A stretch of DNA of 51,723 nucleotides from Verrucomicrobiota bacterium. GTDB taxonomy: Bacteria; Verrucomicrobiota; Verrucomicrobiia; Limisphaerales; UBA9464. Location: assembly GCA_947454005.1 (NCBI GenBank), contig CANGMH010000002.1, forward strand, positions 1 to 51,723, given 5' to 3'. The notes beneath the pieces are model-generated. The model made no database searches. It was given only the letters and a program-made list of their open reading frames with translations, and had not been told where the DNA came from. Shown here piece by piece: positions 20,069 through 30,161 of the stretch. The position numbers and the translations under genes were made by a program. Numbering within the stretch: position 1 is the first letter of the stretch; each line of letters begins with the position of its first letter.

Positions 20069-20707
20069 ATGCGCATCATCGGCGGAGAAGCGGCCGGTCG
20101 GATCGTCCATGTGCCCGAAGGGCTCGGCGTCCGGCCCATGCCCGACAAGGTGAAGCTCGCGGTCTTCAACTCGCTCGGCGGGTTCGTGGACGGCGCGCGC
20201 GTGCTCGATCTTTTCTCCGGCACCGGCGCGCTCGGCCACGAGTGCCTCAGCCGCGGCGCCGTCTCGCTCCACAGCGTCGAGAAATCCGACAAGCACGCGC
20301 GCTTCTACCGCCGCAACCTCGTCGCCGCCGGTCTTCCCGCGACCGCGGTCGAGCTGCGCGTCGACGACGTCTTCAGCGCCGTGCCGCAGCTCGCGGCCGC
20401 GGGCCGGCTCTTCGACCTGGTGATCGCCGATCCGCCCTACGGCGAGAAGAACGTCGGGCGCCGTTCCACCTCGCTCGCCCAACGCCTGCTCGACCAACCG
20501 GACCTGCCGCGCCTCCTCGCGCCCGGCGCGCTGTTCATCCTCGGCCACACCAAACGCGACACGCTCGACATCCCGCCCGCATGGAAGGAGCGCAAGATGC
20601 TCAAGCATGGCGACACGGTGATCCGCTTCTTCAAACCCGCCGGAGCGGTGGATCCGGTGGAGATCGTGGAGACCGAGCCGTCCGAAGGGGAACCGACCGA
20701 GCCATGA
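20069..20707 (+). CDS. rsmD: 16S rRNA (guanine966-N2)-methyltransferase RsmD
   Basis: The sequence runs MRIIGGEAAGRIVHVPEGLGVRPMPDKVKLAVFNSL, then VLDLFSGTGALGHECLSRGA (the SAM-binding site), then VIADPPYG. The ATG at 20069 was checked. Confidence 0.85.
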   Translation: MRIIGGEAAGRIVHVPEGLGVRPMPDKVKLAVFNSLGGFVDGARVLDLFSGTGALGHECLSRGAVSLHSVEKSDKHARFYRRNLVAAGLPATAVELRVDDVFSAVPQLAAAGRLFDLVIADPPYGEKNVGRRSTSLAQRLLDQPDLPRLLAPGALFILGHTKRDTLDIPPAWKERKMLKHGDTVIRFFKPAGAVDPVEIVETEPSEGEPTEP

Positions 20708-21657
20708 AGAGGATCCTGTCGTGTGTCTGGTCCGCGGTGCTGTCGGTGTCCGCCTTCGCGGCGGATGCGACATCGGTCGGCGCGCCGGCGACCCCGTCCT
20801 CGGCGTCCATCCAGGTGCTCGTCGACCGTGCGGCGCAGCAGACCGTGGAGAAGTTCGCCGGCATCGGCCTGAAGGCGGATGAACTGGCCGTGACGCTGGA
20901 CGATCTGACCGATCCGACCCGGCCGGCCCGGGCGAGCTTCCGCGGATCGGAACCGATCTATCCGGCCAGCGTGGTGAAGCTGTTCTATCTCGTCGCGGCC
21001 CATCGTTGGCTGGAGGACGGTCGTCTCACCGACACGCCGGAGCTCCGCCGCGCGCTGAGCGACATGGTCGTGGAATCCTACAACGAGGCGACGCACTACG
21101 TGGTCGACGTGCTGACCGGCACGACCAGCGGGCCCGAGTTGCCGGAGGCGGAGCTCGCGGTCTGGCAGGAGAAACGCGGCGCGGTGAACCGCTATTTCCG
21201 CGGCCTCGGCTACTCGGGCATCAACGCCGACAAGAAGCCTTGGTGCGAAGGTCCCTACGGCCGGGAGGTGCAGGCGATCCGGGCGTTCAAGCCGGACCGC
21301 AACCAGCTCACGACCGACGCCACCGCGCGCCTCCTGGCCGAGATCGCCACCGGCACCGCCGTTTCCGCGAAGCGCTGCGCGGAGATGCGCGAGCTGTTGG
21401 CGCGGGATATCCACGGCGCGGTGAAGGATCCGGAGGACCAGACCCACGGGTTCACCGGCATCGCCTTGAAGGAGATCCCCGGGTCGAAGGTCTGGTCGAA
21501 GGCGGGCTGGACCAGCCAGACCCGCCATGACGCGGCCTACGTGGAGCTGCCGGACGGACGGAAGTTCGTCCTGGTCACCTTCACCACCGGCCACGCGAAC
21601 GAGCGCGGCATCATCCCCGCGGTCGCGCGGACGGTCATCGCCGGGCTGCGCCGGTAG
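20704..21657 (+). CDS. Secreted class A beta-lactamase-like serine hydrolase
   Basis: ATG 20704 overlaps the rsmD TGA (ATGA). The signal peptide is MKRILSCVWSAVLSVSAFA. The S-x-x-K motif is in PASVVKLFYL. The true substrate is unknown. Confidence 0.7.
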   Translation: MKRILSCVWSAVLSVSAFAADATSVGAPATPSSASIQVLVDRAAQQTVEKFAGIGLKADELAVTLDDLTDPTRPARASFRGSEPIYPASVVKLFYLVAAHRWLEDGRLTDTPELRRALSDMVVESYNEATHYVVDVLTGTTSGPELPEAELAVWQEKRGAVNRYFRGLGYSGINADKKPWCEGPYGREVQAIRAFKPDRNQLTTDATARLLAEIATGTAVSAKRCAEMRELLARDIHGAVKDPEDQTHGFTGIALKEIPGSKVWSKAGWTSQTRHDAAYVELPDGRKFVLVTFTTGHANERGIIPAVARTVIAGLRR

Positions 21658-21660
21658 CGC

Positions 21661-22752
21661 TCACGGCACGCGGACCTTGTCGATGCGCTTCGGGTCCGCG
21701 ACGCCCAGCTCGATGAGCTCGGCGTTGGTGTAGAGCTCGGTGACGAATTTCTTCTCTCCCTCCACCTTCGCCGCCTCGCGGGAGCGCTGCACGTCGGCGA
21801 GGGCGAGGACGTCCAAGGCGACGGCGTCCTTGCTGAAACGGAGCTCGTCGAGCGCGACCGCGTAGTGCAGCAGCGTCAGCTCCTCGCCGCGGTACTGGCA
21901 GAGCAGGGCGTCGCCCACCGCGAAGGCGAGCTTGGGCAGCACGTCGTCGAGCGCGCAGATGTCGGGCGCGGCCTCGGCGAGGCGGACGGGATCGTTCGCG
22001 AAACGCAGCGTGTTGTCGGTGCTCGCCCAGGCGAGGCCGGCGATATGGCCGTTCACGCCGGAGACGTTGTGGCTGAGCACCGGCGCGACGGAGACGATCT
22101 TGGTGATGTCGTGGGTGAGCAGCTTGGTGACATAGGACCGGCGGCCGGTGCCCTCGTTCTCCTTCTTGCCGAAATCCCGGTCGCCCGCGACCAGCCGCCC
22201 GATGAGCGGCGATTCATACGAACGGTCGCCGTCCCAACCGGCATCCTCGCTGGCGACGCAGCGGACACCGAGCTCCTGCGCCAGCCGCGACCAACCGGCG
22301 GCGCGGAGATCGATGTCGCGCTTGTCCCAGATGACGATCTTCGAGGGCGCGTGGCCCGACGCGATCAGGCCCTCGATCAACGGCCGCACCACAGCGGGTC
22401 GCGTGCCGCTCACCGCACCCGGCGCCGCGGTCACCTTGAAGCCGACGACATCGCCCGGCGCGACGAGCGACTTCCATGCATCCGTCGTCGTCGGTTTGCC
22501 GGTCAAGCCGAGCAGTCCGTTCTCGACCATCTTCCGGACGACATCCGGGTCCGCCGCGAACGCCGAGGTGGCCGCCGGATCGTGCGCCACGACGACCCGG
22601 GCGCGGGCGGTGTTCGTGGAGGACGCCGGCGAGGAGGGTGGCGCGGCGGGATCCGGAGCGGCATCCGCCGACCGCGGTAGGAGCACCAGCGCGGACACGA
22701 GCACGAAGACGAGGGTGGAAAGGCGTGGCATCATCCGGACGGCCCGCAGCAT
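21661..22752 (-). CDS. DUF362-like protein with signal peptide
   Basis: 363 aa with the ATG checked. Resemblance to DUF362 rests on GDVVGFKV, TRPAVVRPLIEGL and the C-terminal SKDAVALDVLA block, judged from memory only. Confidence 0.5.
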   Translation of the reverse strand: MLRAVRMMPRLSTLVFVLVSALVLLPRSADAAPDPAAPPSSPASSTNTARARVVVAHDPAATSAFAADPDVVRKMVENGLLGLTGKPTTTDAWKSLVAPGDVVGFKVTAAPGAVSGTRPAVVRPLIEGLIASGHAPSKIVIWDKRDIDLRAAGWSRLAQELGVRCVASEDAGWDGDRSYESPLIGRLVAGDRDFGKKENEGTGRRSYVTKLLTHDITKIVSVAPVLSHNVSGVNGHIAGLAWASTDNTLRFANDPVRLAEAAPDICALDDVLPKLAFAVGDALLCQYRGEELTLLHYAVALDELRFSKDAVALDVLALADVQRSREAAKVEGEKKFVTELYTNAELIELGVADPKRIDKVRVP

Positions 22753-22862
22753 GGCGTGCCCGGGCTCCAGACGCCAAGGACCGTGTCGGCGTTCAAGGGG
22801 AACGCGGGCACCGGAGGCGCGTTCCTTGACGGGGCACCCGCCACCCGATTACCACGCGTCCG

Positions 22863-24827
22863 ATGTCGCGATCGTCCTCGGTGCGGGCCGCTTTCCTGGC
22901 CGCAGTCCTCTTCGCCGCCGGCTGCCAGCCGCACGGGCCCGAGGCGTTGCGCCGGGGCGACGAGCTGCTGCGCGCCGGCAAGGCGACCGAGGCCGTCCCG
23001 ATGCTCGAACGCGCCGCGACCGAGCTCTCCGAGGACCCGAGGGCGTGGAACTTCCTCGGTCTCGCCTACCACGCTGCCGGACGTCCTGCCGAGGCGCAGA
23101 AGGCCTACCTCCGGGCGCTGCGCGAGAACCGCGATTTCTTCGACGCCCATTACAATCTCGGTGCTCTGTACGTCGAACAGGGCGAATGGGCCGAGGCGGA
23201 ACGTTCGCTCCGCACCTTCCTCGCGCCCGACGCGAACCACGGCCATCCCGTGGCGTACCATCTGCTCGGACAGGCCCAGCTCCAGCTCCGCAAATACGAG
23301 GACGCCGAGCGGAGCCTCGCCATCGCGGTGAAGCTCGCGCCGAAGGACGCGGATGTCTGGAACGACCTAGGCCTGGTCCAGAGCGGGAAGCGGCGCTTCG
23401 CCAACGCCCGGCAATACTTCGCATGGGCGGTGAAGCTCGACCCGCGTCATGCCGCCTCCCGGCTCAACCTGGCCGTCACCGCCCAGCAGCTCGGCGACAA
23501 ACGTGGCGCTCTCCAGACCTATCGCGAGTATCTCGCTCTCGCTCCGGCAGCGCCGGACGCCGAGGGGATCCGCGCGGTCATCCGGCAGCTGGAGGCCCAG
23601 ACCGGCGGCGCGCCGTTGCCATCGGTCCTCACCAACGCCCCCGGCGCGGTGAAGGTGGTCACCAACCTCGCGCCGCGACCCGCGGCCATCGTCACCAACG
23701 CCGTTCCCAAGGCCGCACCGCCCGCTGCCCAACCTGCTCCCGCCAAGCCCGTCGTCGAGCCGCGCCCCGCACCGGTCAAAACCGTCGAACGCGCCGCCGC
23801 CAATCCTGTGAACGCCCCGCCGCCGGCACCGCCCGTTGCTGCGTCTGCCGGCCCGACAATCGCGCCTGCCAAGCCGGCCATGGCGGCGCCGGTGCCCGAA
23901 GTCGTCCGTGTCGAAGAAGCCCCGGCGCTCCGTCCGGCCCGCGATGAGATCGCGACCAACAAACCCCCTTCTGTTCCGGCCGTCGCCGCCGCGCCTTCCC
24001 CCGCCAAGACGGATCCGGTCGACAGCGACCCCACGGACATCGTCGATGATCCTCCCGTGAATGATGGGACGACCGGGGATCGGTCCGGTCCGGGTCGGCG
24101 TGGCTTCTGGAAGCGCGTCAACCCGGTGAGCTGGGGCAATCCGGTGAAGTGGTTCGGCAGCGGACCCAAGCCTGATAAGCCCGTGACCGCCTTGCGCTCG
24201 GTGACCAACCGACCCGCCACGGCCTCGAAGACGCTCCCGATCCCGGCGACCGCGGCCGCGACGCCGATCGCGCCCGCGATGAAGCCAGCCGCCGTCGTGT
24301 CGACGAAGCCCTCCTTCCCGCGCTACGTCCGCCGGGCGCCGGCTACTCTTCCCGCGGGCAAACGGACCGAAGCCGAGCGGTTCTTCGGCACCGCCATCGC
24401 CGCGCACGACCGGCACGACCTCGCGGACGCGCTCGTGCTCTACCAGCACGCGGTCGAGCTCGAGCCGAGCTATCTCGCCGCTCACCACAATCTCGCGCTC
24501 GTCGCGATGGAAGAAGGCGACGTGCAACGGGCGCTGCTGGCCGCTGAGTGCGCGACGCGCATCGATCCGGGCTCGGTGCCGGCTTTGCGTGTCTTCGCTG
24601 CGGCGCTCCAGCGCGGCGGCTATCCGGTCGACGCCGCCGAGCAGCTCGACCGCCTGGTGGGCGTCGATCCGTCCGATGTCGCGGCGCACCTCTCCTTGGC
24701 CGGCCTCAAGGCCGGTCCGCTCGGTGATCCGGCGTCGGCCCGGAGCCACTACGAACGCGTGCTCGCGCTGGATCCCCGGCATCCGCAGGCGGCGGCGATC
24801 CGCGTGTGGCTCTCCTCGAACCCGTGA
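22863..24827 (+). CDS. TPR-repeat lipoprotein with long Pro/Ala-rich linker
   Basis: The lipobox is LFAAGC. TPR units are present at both ends (AWNFLGLAYHAAGRPAEAQKAY.., AHHNLALVAMEEGDVQRA..). They are separated by about 250 aa of P/A/V-rich low complexity. Confidence 0.75.
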   Translation: MSRSSSVRAAFLAAVLFAAGCQPHGPEALRRGDELLRAGKATEAVPMLERAATELSEDPRAWNFLGLAYHAAGRPAEAQKAYLRALRENRDFFDAHYNLGALYVEQGEWAEAERSLRTFLAPDANHGHPVAYHLLGQAQLQLRKYEDAERSLAIAVKLAPKDADVWNDLGLVQSGKRRFANARQYFAWAVKLDPRHAASRLNLAVTAQQLGDKRGALQTYREYLALAPAAPDAEGIRAVIRQLEAQTGGAPLPSVLTNAPGAVKVVTNLAPRPAAIVTNAVPKAAPPAAQPAPAKPVVEPRPAPVKTVERAAANPVNAPPPAPPVAASAGPTIAPAKPAMAAPVPEVVRVEEAPALRPARDEIATNKPPSVPAVAAAPSPAKTDPVDSDPTDIVDDPPVNDGTTGDRSGPGRRGFWKRVNPVSWGNPVKWFGSGPKPDKPVTALRSVTNRPATASKTLPIPATAAATPIAPAMKPAAVVSTKPSFPRYVRRAPATLPAGKRTEAERFFGTAIAAHDRHDLADALVLYQHAVELEPSYLAAHHNLALVAMEEGDVQRALLAAECATRIDPGSVPALRVFAAALQRGGYPVDAAEQLDRLVGVDPSDVAAHLSLAGLKAGPLGDPASARSHYERVLALDPRHPQAAAIRVWLSSNP

Positions 24828-24836
24828 ACCAGCGGC

Positions 24837-27800
24837 TCACGGCGTCACCGTCACGCGGAAGAAGTAGGGCAGCCTCGGATCGAGCGCCGGAAGCGTCGCC
24901 GACAACGGACCGCCGGTCGCGCGGGTGAGGTCGCTGACCCGGACCCACGCGAGCAGGTCGTTGCTCGTCTCCAGCGCGTAGGTGCGGCCGTTCGCGGTGT
25001 CCCAGGTGAACCGGACCGTGCCGTTCGGCAGCGTCTCCGGCAGGGAGACGCGGAGCCGGCTCGCCGCGTCCTTCGGCGATGTCCCGGCGCGCCATTCCTC
25101 GATGTCGGTCGCGCCGTCGCCGTCGCTGTCGACGAGCCCGGTATAGCCTGCAACCGCAGCGCCGAAGTACTGCTGTTCCCACGCGTCGCTGATGCCGTTC
25201 TTGTTCACATCTGCGAACGTGTAGGTGCCGGTGAAGGTCAGCGCGTTGGTCGAGTCCCCGAGCACGTTGGTCCGGGTCGCGGGCGTCGCGTAGAACGGGA
25301 CCGGTCTCCAGGCGACCACGTAGGTGCCGGGCGGTACGTTGGTGCGGAAACCCGTGCCGAAGCCCTCGATGACGAGGTTGTTGGGACCGGTCAGGGTGAA
25401 CGCGGCCTGCGCGAGGTTGTTGGTCACCACCACCTCGGTGCTGGCGACGGTGTCCATGTCGACGTGCACGTCGTCGATCATCCAGCCGAGGCGGTCCGAG
25501 GCGTTGAAGCTGAACAGCTGATAGTTGAAGCGGAAGCGGACGACCTTGCCGACGAAGCGGGTGAGGTCGACCTCGACCTTCTCCCATCCGGACGAGGTCT
25601 CGTCGCCGGCGGTGTACAGGTCCTTCCACGTGCCGCCGTTGTCGGTGGTGAGCGCCACCTGGGCGGCCTCGAGCACGTAATCGCCGAACGGGTCGTCCTC
25701 GCCGCCGGTGCCGCTGGAAGCAGAGCTGAAGTCGTAGTTCTGCCAGAAAGTGAGCGTCGCCTTGTTGCCGCCGACGAGGCTGACGGACGGCGAGATGAGG
25801 TCGCTGATGGCGAAGTCGACCGCGTCGCCTTTGAGGTTCGTCGCCCAGACGTTGGTGCCGCTGCGTGCGGTGGCGCCGCGGCCGTTCACCGGGACGCCGA
25901 GGTCCCATCCGCTGGCGACGAGATCGCCGCCGCCTTCGTCGTCGCCCGGTAGCGTCGCACCCGTCCCGCCGCTGTCGTCGAGGACCACCCAGCCTGCCCG
26001 GCCCTTCTCCAGGTCGTCGGTCCAAGGCGGGGTGACGGGCTTGAGCGTGCGGAAGGTGTGGAACTTCCCGCCGGCGCTGTCGGTCGTGATGTTGCCGGCG
26101 ACGTCGCGGCTCACCACCTGGAAGAAGTACTGCTTGTCCGGCAACAGGCCGGTGACCTGGACCTCGTGGTCGGTCGCCGATTCCGCGGCATAGGCGCTGC
26201 GGGTGAGGAAGGAATCGTCGCCTCCGGATTCGCCGAAACGCACCAGCGCGTCGGCCGGCTTGTCGGTCGTCCAAGTGACCACCGCCTCGTTGTAGGCCGG
26301 GTCGGCCGCGACGTCGGCGATCACGGGTTCCATGGTGTCCACCCGCGCGGTCACGGCCGATTCCGTCTTGGCCGCGTCGGTGTACGCGACGCGGACGATG
26401 TCGCCGTCCTTGGCCAGGTAGCGGGGCAGGGTGCCGGTGCCCGCGACATCGGTGAGGACGAACTGCCCGCGGAACACGCCGCGTCGGGCGGTCTCGGCGA
26501 GCGCGATGTCGATGGAGCCGGGCTGGCCGGTGGAGGTGAGCCGCGCCTTCACCTCGCCGGTGCCGGCCCGGGCGCTGTCCGTGGCCTCGACGACGACCGA
26601 CGACGGCAACGTGTAGGCCGGCGCATCGAAGGCGATGGTCGATCCGCCCGCGAGGTCCGGAGCGAGGAAGCGGACGGCATCGGCGATCAGCGTGGTGCGG
26701 TTGTCCGGTGCCGGGCCGTCGGCCGGGACGGCTTCCAGCGCGAAGGCGTTGAACACGACGCGGCCCTTGGCATCCTGGCCGGTCTTCGGGAAGCGCGACC
26801 CGACGACGCGGTCGCGCTCCTGCAGGAACACCGGTGCCGCGTCGGCTGCCACGGACAGGTGGTCCGCGACCGTGGTCCAATCGAGTCCGAGCAGGTCGAT
26901 CACGAACCCGCTCGGGAACGCCCCGAAATCGAGGTCCGAGGCGATGGCGCCGCCCACGGGATCGCCGGGAACGGCCTTGATCGAGTTGGCTCCCTGGTCT
27001 TCCTGGAAGCTCGCGACATGCAGCACGCCGGAGATGAAGTTGGTCGCGCTCTTCTCCTTCAACCGCGTGAGCAGGTCGCCGGAGCTGACGAACAACGCGC
27101 CGCCTTCCTGCAGATAGCTCGTGATCGCCGTCGTCAGGCCCGGCGCCGGCGCGGCGAGCTCCTCGGGACGCCAGAGGACCAGCCGGAACGCCCGCAGGTC
27201 CGCGATGCCCGGCGCCCTTCCGACCACCCCGGTGTCCCAGACCTCGTAGTCCAGACCGAGCGCGTCGAGCGGCGCGGTCCAGGTCTCGATCCCCGGATAC
27301 GGCGTGTCGCCGAGCAAACCGCCCGGAGCGAAGAGAGTCTCGGGCGAGTAGACCAACAGCGCGTTCGCCGGCTTGGGTCCGATGAACCGGAAGAACCGTC
27401 CGCCGTTGTCGTTGGTGCTGCTGTTGCCCGCCGGATCGGTGCTGACGATCCTGCAGAAGTAGGTCTCGCCCACGACGAGCGGCGGCAGCGCGAGCGCGTG
27501 CTGCGGGCGGAAGGAGACGTCGCTGACGAGGTTGGTGACCGCGTTGGTCGTGCCGAAGTAGACCTGCGAATCCGCGGCCTCCCCGGTGGTCCAGCGCACC
27601 GAGGTCCGGCCGAACTCGCTCGCGACGGCGACGTCCGAGATCAACGGAGGTCGCGCGTCCACCTTGGCCACGGCCCGCCGTTCGCCGGCCGGCTGCGCGT
27701 CGATGTACACGACTTCGATCTCATCGCCGTCGACGGCGGAGAGCTTGCCGTCGGATGCATCCGCGGCGCCGGTGACGAGGGCGACGCTGTTGGTGAAGGT

Positions 27801-30092
27801 CCCTCCGTTGCCGGAACGTAAGAGGGTGAGCGGGAAGCCGGCGGGCTCGGTCGAGCTGCTGACCGTCACCGTCGCGGTCGCCTGCCCGGCGAGCTGCGAA
27901 TCGACCAACCGGACCGATGCGATCGCCGGCGACCGATAGGCCTCGCTGTCCCACGACACGACACCTTCTCCTGGCAGCGGCAACGCACCGGAGATGACCA
28001 GCGCGAAATCCTGCTCCGGCGCGCCGACGGTCTTGTGGTGGACGTCCTGCACGACGTTCTGCGCGCGGACCCGGATGATGTACTCACCGGCCGCGGGGAC
28101 GCCGATGTGGACGGCCTCGACGTTGTTGATCCGGTCGCCGACGGGTGTGCCGGCCGCGGTCTCGCCGTCGGCGAAGGCGTTGCCGCGGAAGACACGGCCA
28201 TCGGGGCCGACGACCTCGAGGTCGAGGTCGTTGACGAGCGCGGGGATCGCCGCCGGGAAGCCGGGGACGTCTGTGTAAACGAGCGTGACCTTGAGCTGGT
28301 CGTCCGGTCCCACGACCACGCGCTGCTCGGCGACCTGCCCGGTCGCGAGCCCCGCGCCTTGGTCGGTGAAGCGGTGGCGCCGCGGCGAGTCGATCAGGTT
28401 CACCAGGTTGATCCGGCCCCAGCCTTCGTCGTTGTTGGGGACCGGTCCGGTGTCGCCGACGACGATCCCGGTGTCGTCGGTCGTGTCGCTCTCCGGATCG
28501 GGGATGACACCGGTGCCCATGTCGTCGGCCGAGTCGATGAGCAGCGCTTTCACCAGCGCGGGTGAAGGCGTCGCCCCGTTGTGGGTGGAACGGTACCACT
28601 GGATGGCGACGGCGCAGGCGCCGCTCGCGTGCGGGCCGGCCTGCGAGGTGCCGCCTTGGTACATGTAGAGGTCGCTGATCGGGCCCCAGGCGTTGTTGTC
28701 GTTGGCGAAGACGGACCGGAGCGAAGAGATCCACGTGCCCGGCGCGACGACGTCGGGCTTGATCCGCCCGTCCTCGCACGGGCCGCGGCTGGAGAAGTCC
28801 GAAACGACCTCCTGGCCCGAATCGTAGATGCCGAAGCCGAAGCGGTTGTTGTCGGTCGCGCCGGTGGCGATGACGTTCTTGGCCACCGCCGGGCTGCCGA
28901 CGGTCTGTCCTCCGGGGCCGGCGTTGCCGTTGCTGAACTCGAGCACGTACGGCTGCTCGCCGGGGACGTCCGGATCGGCGTCGCGGACCAGCGCGTCGAA
29001 CTCGGCGGCGCTCAGGTCGTACTGGCCCGCGGTGTCGTCGCCCCACGAGTTCGACCCGACGTAGGCGCCGCTGCGGACGGCGTCCTGCGTCAGCTTCGCG
29101 TAGCTCGCCGGCGGATGGTAATCGCCCGCGCCGTCGAAGATCCGTTGGCCGACGATATGCGCGCCGGGCGCGACACCGAGACCCCAGAGGTTGCCTTCGT
29201 CGTCCTTCTCCCCGCTGGCGCCGTTGCCCGCGACGATGCCCGCGACGTGCGTGCCGTGGCTGTGCTCGTCGCTGGCGTCCGGAAGACCGTCGTAGGCGAA
29301 GAGAGCGTCGACACGGCCGGCGAGGTCGGGGTGGATGTCGGTCAAGTCGCCGGAATCGAGCCCGGAATCGGCGACCGCGACCGTGACGCCGCGACCGTCG
29401 AAGCCGAGCTGATGGACATGCGCGAGCGTGCCGGCATCGGTCGTCTCGCCGGCGACGATCTTGGTCGCGACCTCGTCCACCAGCTTCATCCGCGGGGCCC
29501 GCTCGATCCAGACCACGGCATCCGACCGCGCCAGCGACGCGATCTGGCGCGCGCCCGCGATCCCGTCCACGAAGGTCCCGACGCCCAGCGACCGGGGAGT
29601 CACCGCGCTCCGGAGCGCCCGTGTCACGGACAGGATCTCGACCGGCGTCGCGCCCGGACGCACGAGCAGCTTCACCGCGATCTCTTTGCCGAGATCTTTG
29701 GCCAGCGCCGCGGTCAGCGAAGGATGCAGTTTGTGCCGAGGTTCGAACGGCCCGACCCAGCGGATATATCCGGACCCGCGCAACGCCGGGAGCCGGACGC
29801 CGTCCAGCTTGGCGACGAACGCGTCGTCCGGCACGAAGCTCAGCAGCTCCACGCCTCGTTCGCGGAGCTCGTCGCGCCAGGCGGGCTGGAGATGGTTGGT
29901 GAACTGGAGGAGGAAGAGGCCGGTGACCGGCGGCGCCGAAAGATCCGGCGCGACGGCCTTTGCGGCGTGGATCGCGGCGGGCGCCGGCGTGTCGATGACG
30001 CCGTTCCGGAGCCGGATGGACCGCGTGTCTTGTCCTAGCAGGATGCCCAGTGACAATACGGCCACGACAACCGATCCGAGCAGGCGTTTCAC
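24837..30092 (-). CDS. Giant (1751 aa) secreted S8 subtilisin-like serine protease with multiple accessory domains
   Basis: A GTG start at 30092 is followed by a signal peptide. The catalytic triad is D in VAVADSGLD, H in HGTHVAGIV and S in GGTSQAGPHASG. There are two duplicated Fn3-like modules (SVRWTTGEAADSQVYFG.., VVTWTTDKPADALVRFG..). It also has a GATase1-like block, a MAM/LamG-like domain and TSP3-like VDSDGDGATD. The track ORFs 24706..26880 and 28084..30126 are alternate-frame shadows. Confidence 0.9.
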   Translation of the reverse strand: MKRLLGSVVVAVLSLGILLGQDTRSIRLRNGVIDTPAPAAIHAAKAVAPDLSAPPVTGLFLLQFTNHLQPAWRDELRERGVELLSFVPDDAFVAKLDGVRLPALRGSGYIRWVGPFEPRHKLHPSLTAALAKDLGKEIAVKLLVRPGATPVEILSVTRALRSAVTPRSLGVGTFVDGIAGARQIASLARSDAVVWIERAPRMKLVDEVATKIVAGETTDAGTLAHVHQLGFDGRGVTVAVADSGLDSGDLTDIHPDLAGRVDALFAYDGLPDASDEHSHGTHVAGIVAGNGASGEKDDEGNLWGLGVAPGAHIVGQRIFDGAGDYHPPASYAKLTQDAVRSGAYVGSNSWGDDTAGQYDLSAAEFDALVRDADPDVPGEQPYVLEFSNGNAGPGGQTVGSPAVAKNVIATGATDNNRFGFGIYDSGQEVVSDFSSRGPCEDGRIKPDVVAPGTWISSLRSVFANDNNAWGPISDLYMYQGGTSQAGPHASGACAVAIQWYRSTHNGATPSPALVKALLIDSADDMGTGVIPDPESDTTDDTGIVVGDTGPVPNNDEGWGRINLVNLIDSPRRHRFTDQGAGLATGQVAEQRVVVGPDDQLKVTLVYTDVPGFPAAIPALVNDLDLEVVGPDGRVFRGNAFADGETAAGTPVGDRINNVEAVHIGVPAAGEYIIRVRAQNVVQDVHHKTVGAPEQDFALVISGALPLPGEGVVSWDSEAYRSPAIASVRLVDSQLAGQATATVTVSSSTEPAGFPLTLLRSGNGGTFTNSVALVTGAADASDGKLSAVDGDEIEVVYIDAQPAGERRAVAKVDARPPLISDVAVASEFGRTSVRWTTGEAADSQVYFGTTNAVTNLVSDVSFRPQHALALPPLVVGETYFCRIVSTDPAGNSSTNDNGGRFFRFIGPKPANALLVYSPETLFAPGGLLGDTPYPGIETWTAPLDALGLDYEVWDTGVVGRAPGIADLRAFRLVLWRPEELAAPAPGLTTAITSYLQEGGALFVSSGDLLTRLKEKSATNFISGVLHVASFQEDQGANSIKAVPGDPVGGAIASDLDFGAFPSGFVIDLLGLDWTTVADHLSVAADAAPVFLQERDRVVGSRFPKTGQDAKGRVVFNAFALEAVPADGPAPDNRTTLIADAVRFLAPDLAGGSTIAFDAPAYTLPSSVVVEATDSARAGTGEVKARLTSTGQPGSIDIALAETARRGVFRGQFVLTDVAGTGTLPRYLAKDGDIVRVAYTDAAKTESAVTARVDTMEPVIADVAADPAYNEAVVTWTTDKPADALVRFGESGGDDSFLTRSAYAAESATDHEVQVTGLLPDKQYFFQVVSRDVAGNITTDSAGGKFHTFRTLKPVTPPWTDDLEKGRAGWVVLDDSGGTGATLPGDDEGGGDLVASGWDLGVPVNGRGATARSGTNVWATNLKGDAVDFAISDLISPSVSLVGGNKATLTFWQNYDFSSASSGTGGEDDPFGDYVLEAAQVALTTDNGGTWKDLYTAGDETSSGWEKVEVDLTRFVGKVVRFRFNYQLFSFNASDRLGWMIDDVHVDMDTVASTEVVVTNNLAQAAFTLTGPNNLVIEGFGTGFRTNVPPGTYVVAWRPVPFYATPATRTNVLGDSTNALTFTGTYTFADVNKNGISDAWEQQYFGAAVAGYTGLVDSDGDGATDIEEWRAGTSPKDAASRLRVSLPETLPNGTVRFTWDTANGRTYALETSNDLLAWVRVSDLTRATGGPLSATLPALDPRLPYFFRVTVTP

Positions 30093-30161
30093 GAGTGCAC
30101 ACTAGCCAGAGCCGTGCCGGAAACAAGGAGCCGCCCGGGCACCGGGACGATGCCTGGGTGT

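Noticed and set aside
24706-30126. 724-aa and 680-aa minus-strand ORFs (24706..26880 and 28084..30126) and several + strand ORFs of 160-590 aa
   Set aside because: They are alternate frames or antisense to the 1751-aa S8 protease gene. Their products are extremely Arg/Pro/Gly-rich, while the S8 frame carries the catalytic triad and recognisable domain repeats.
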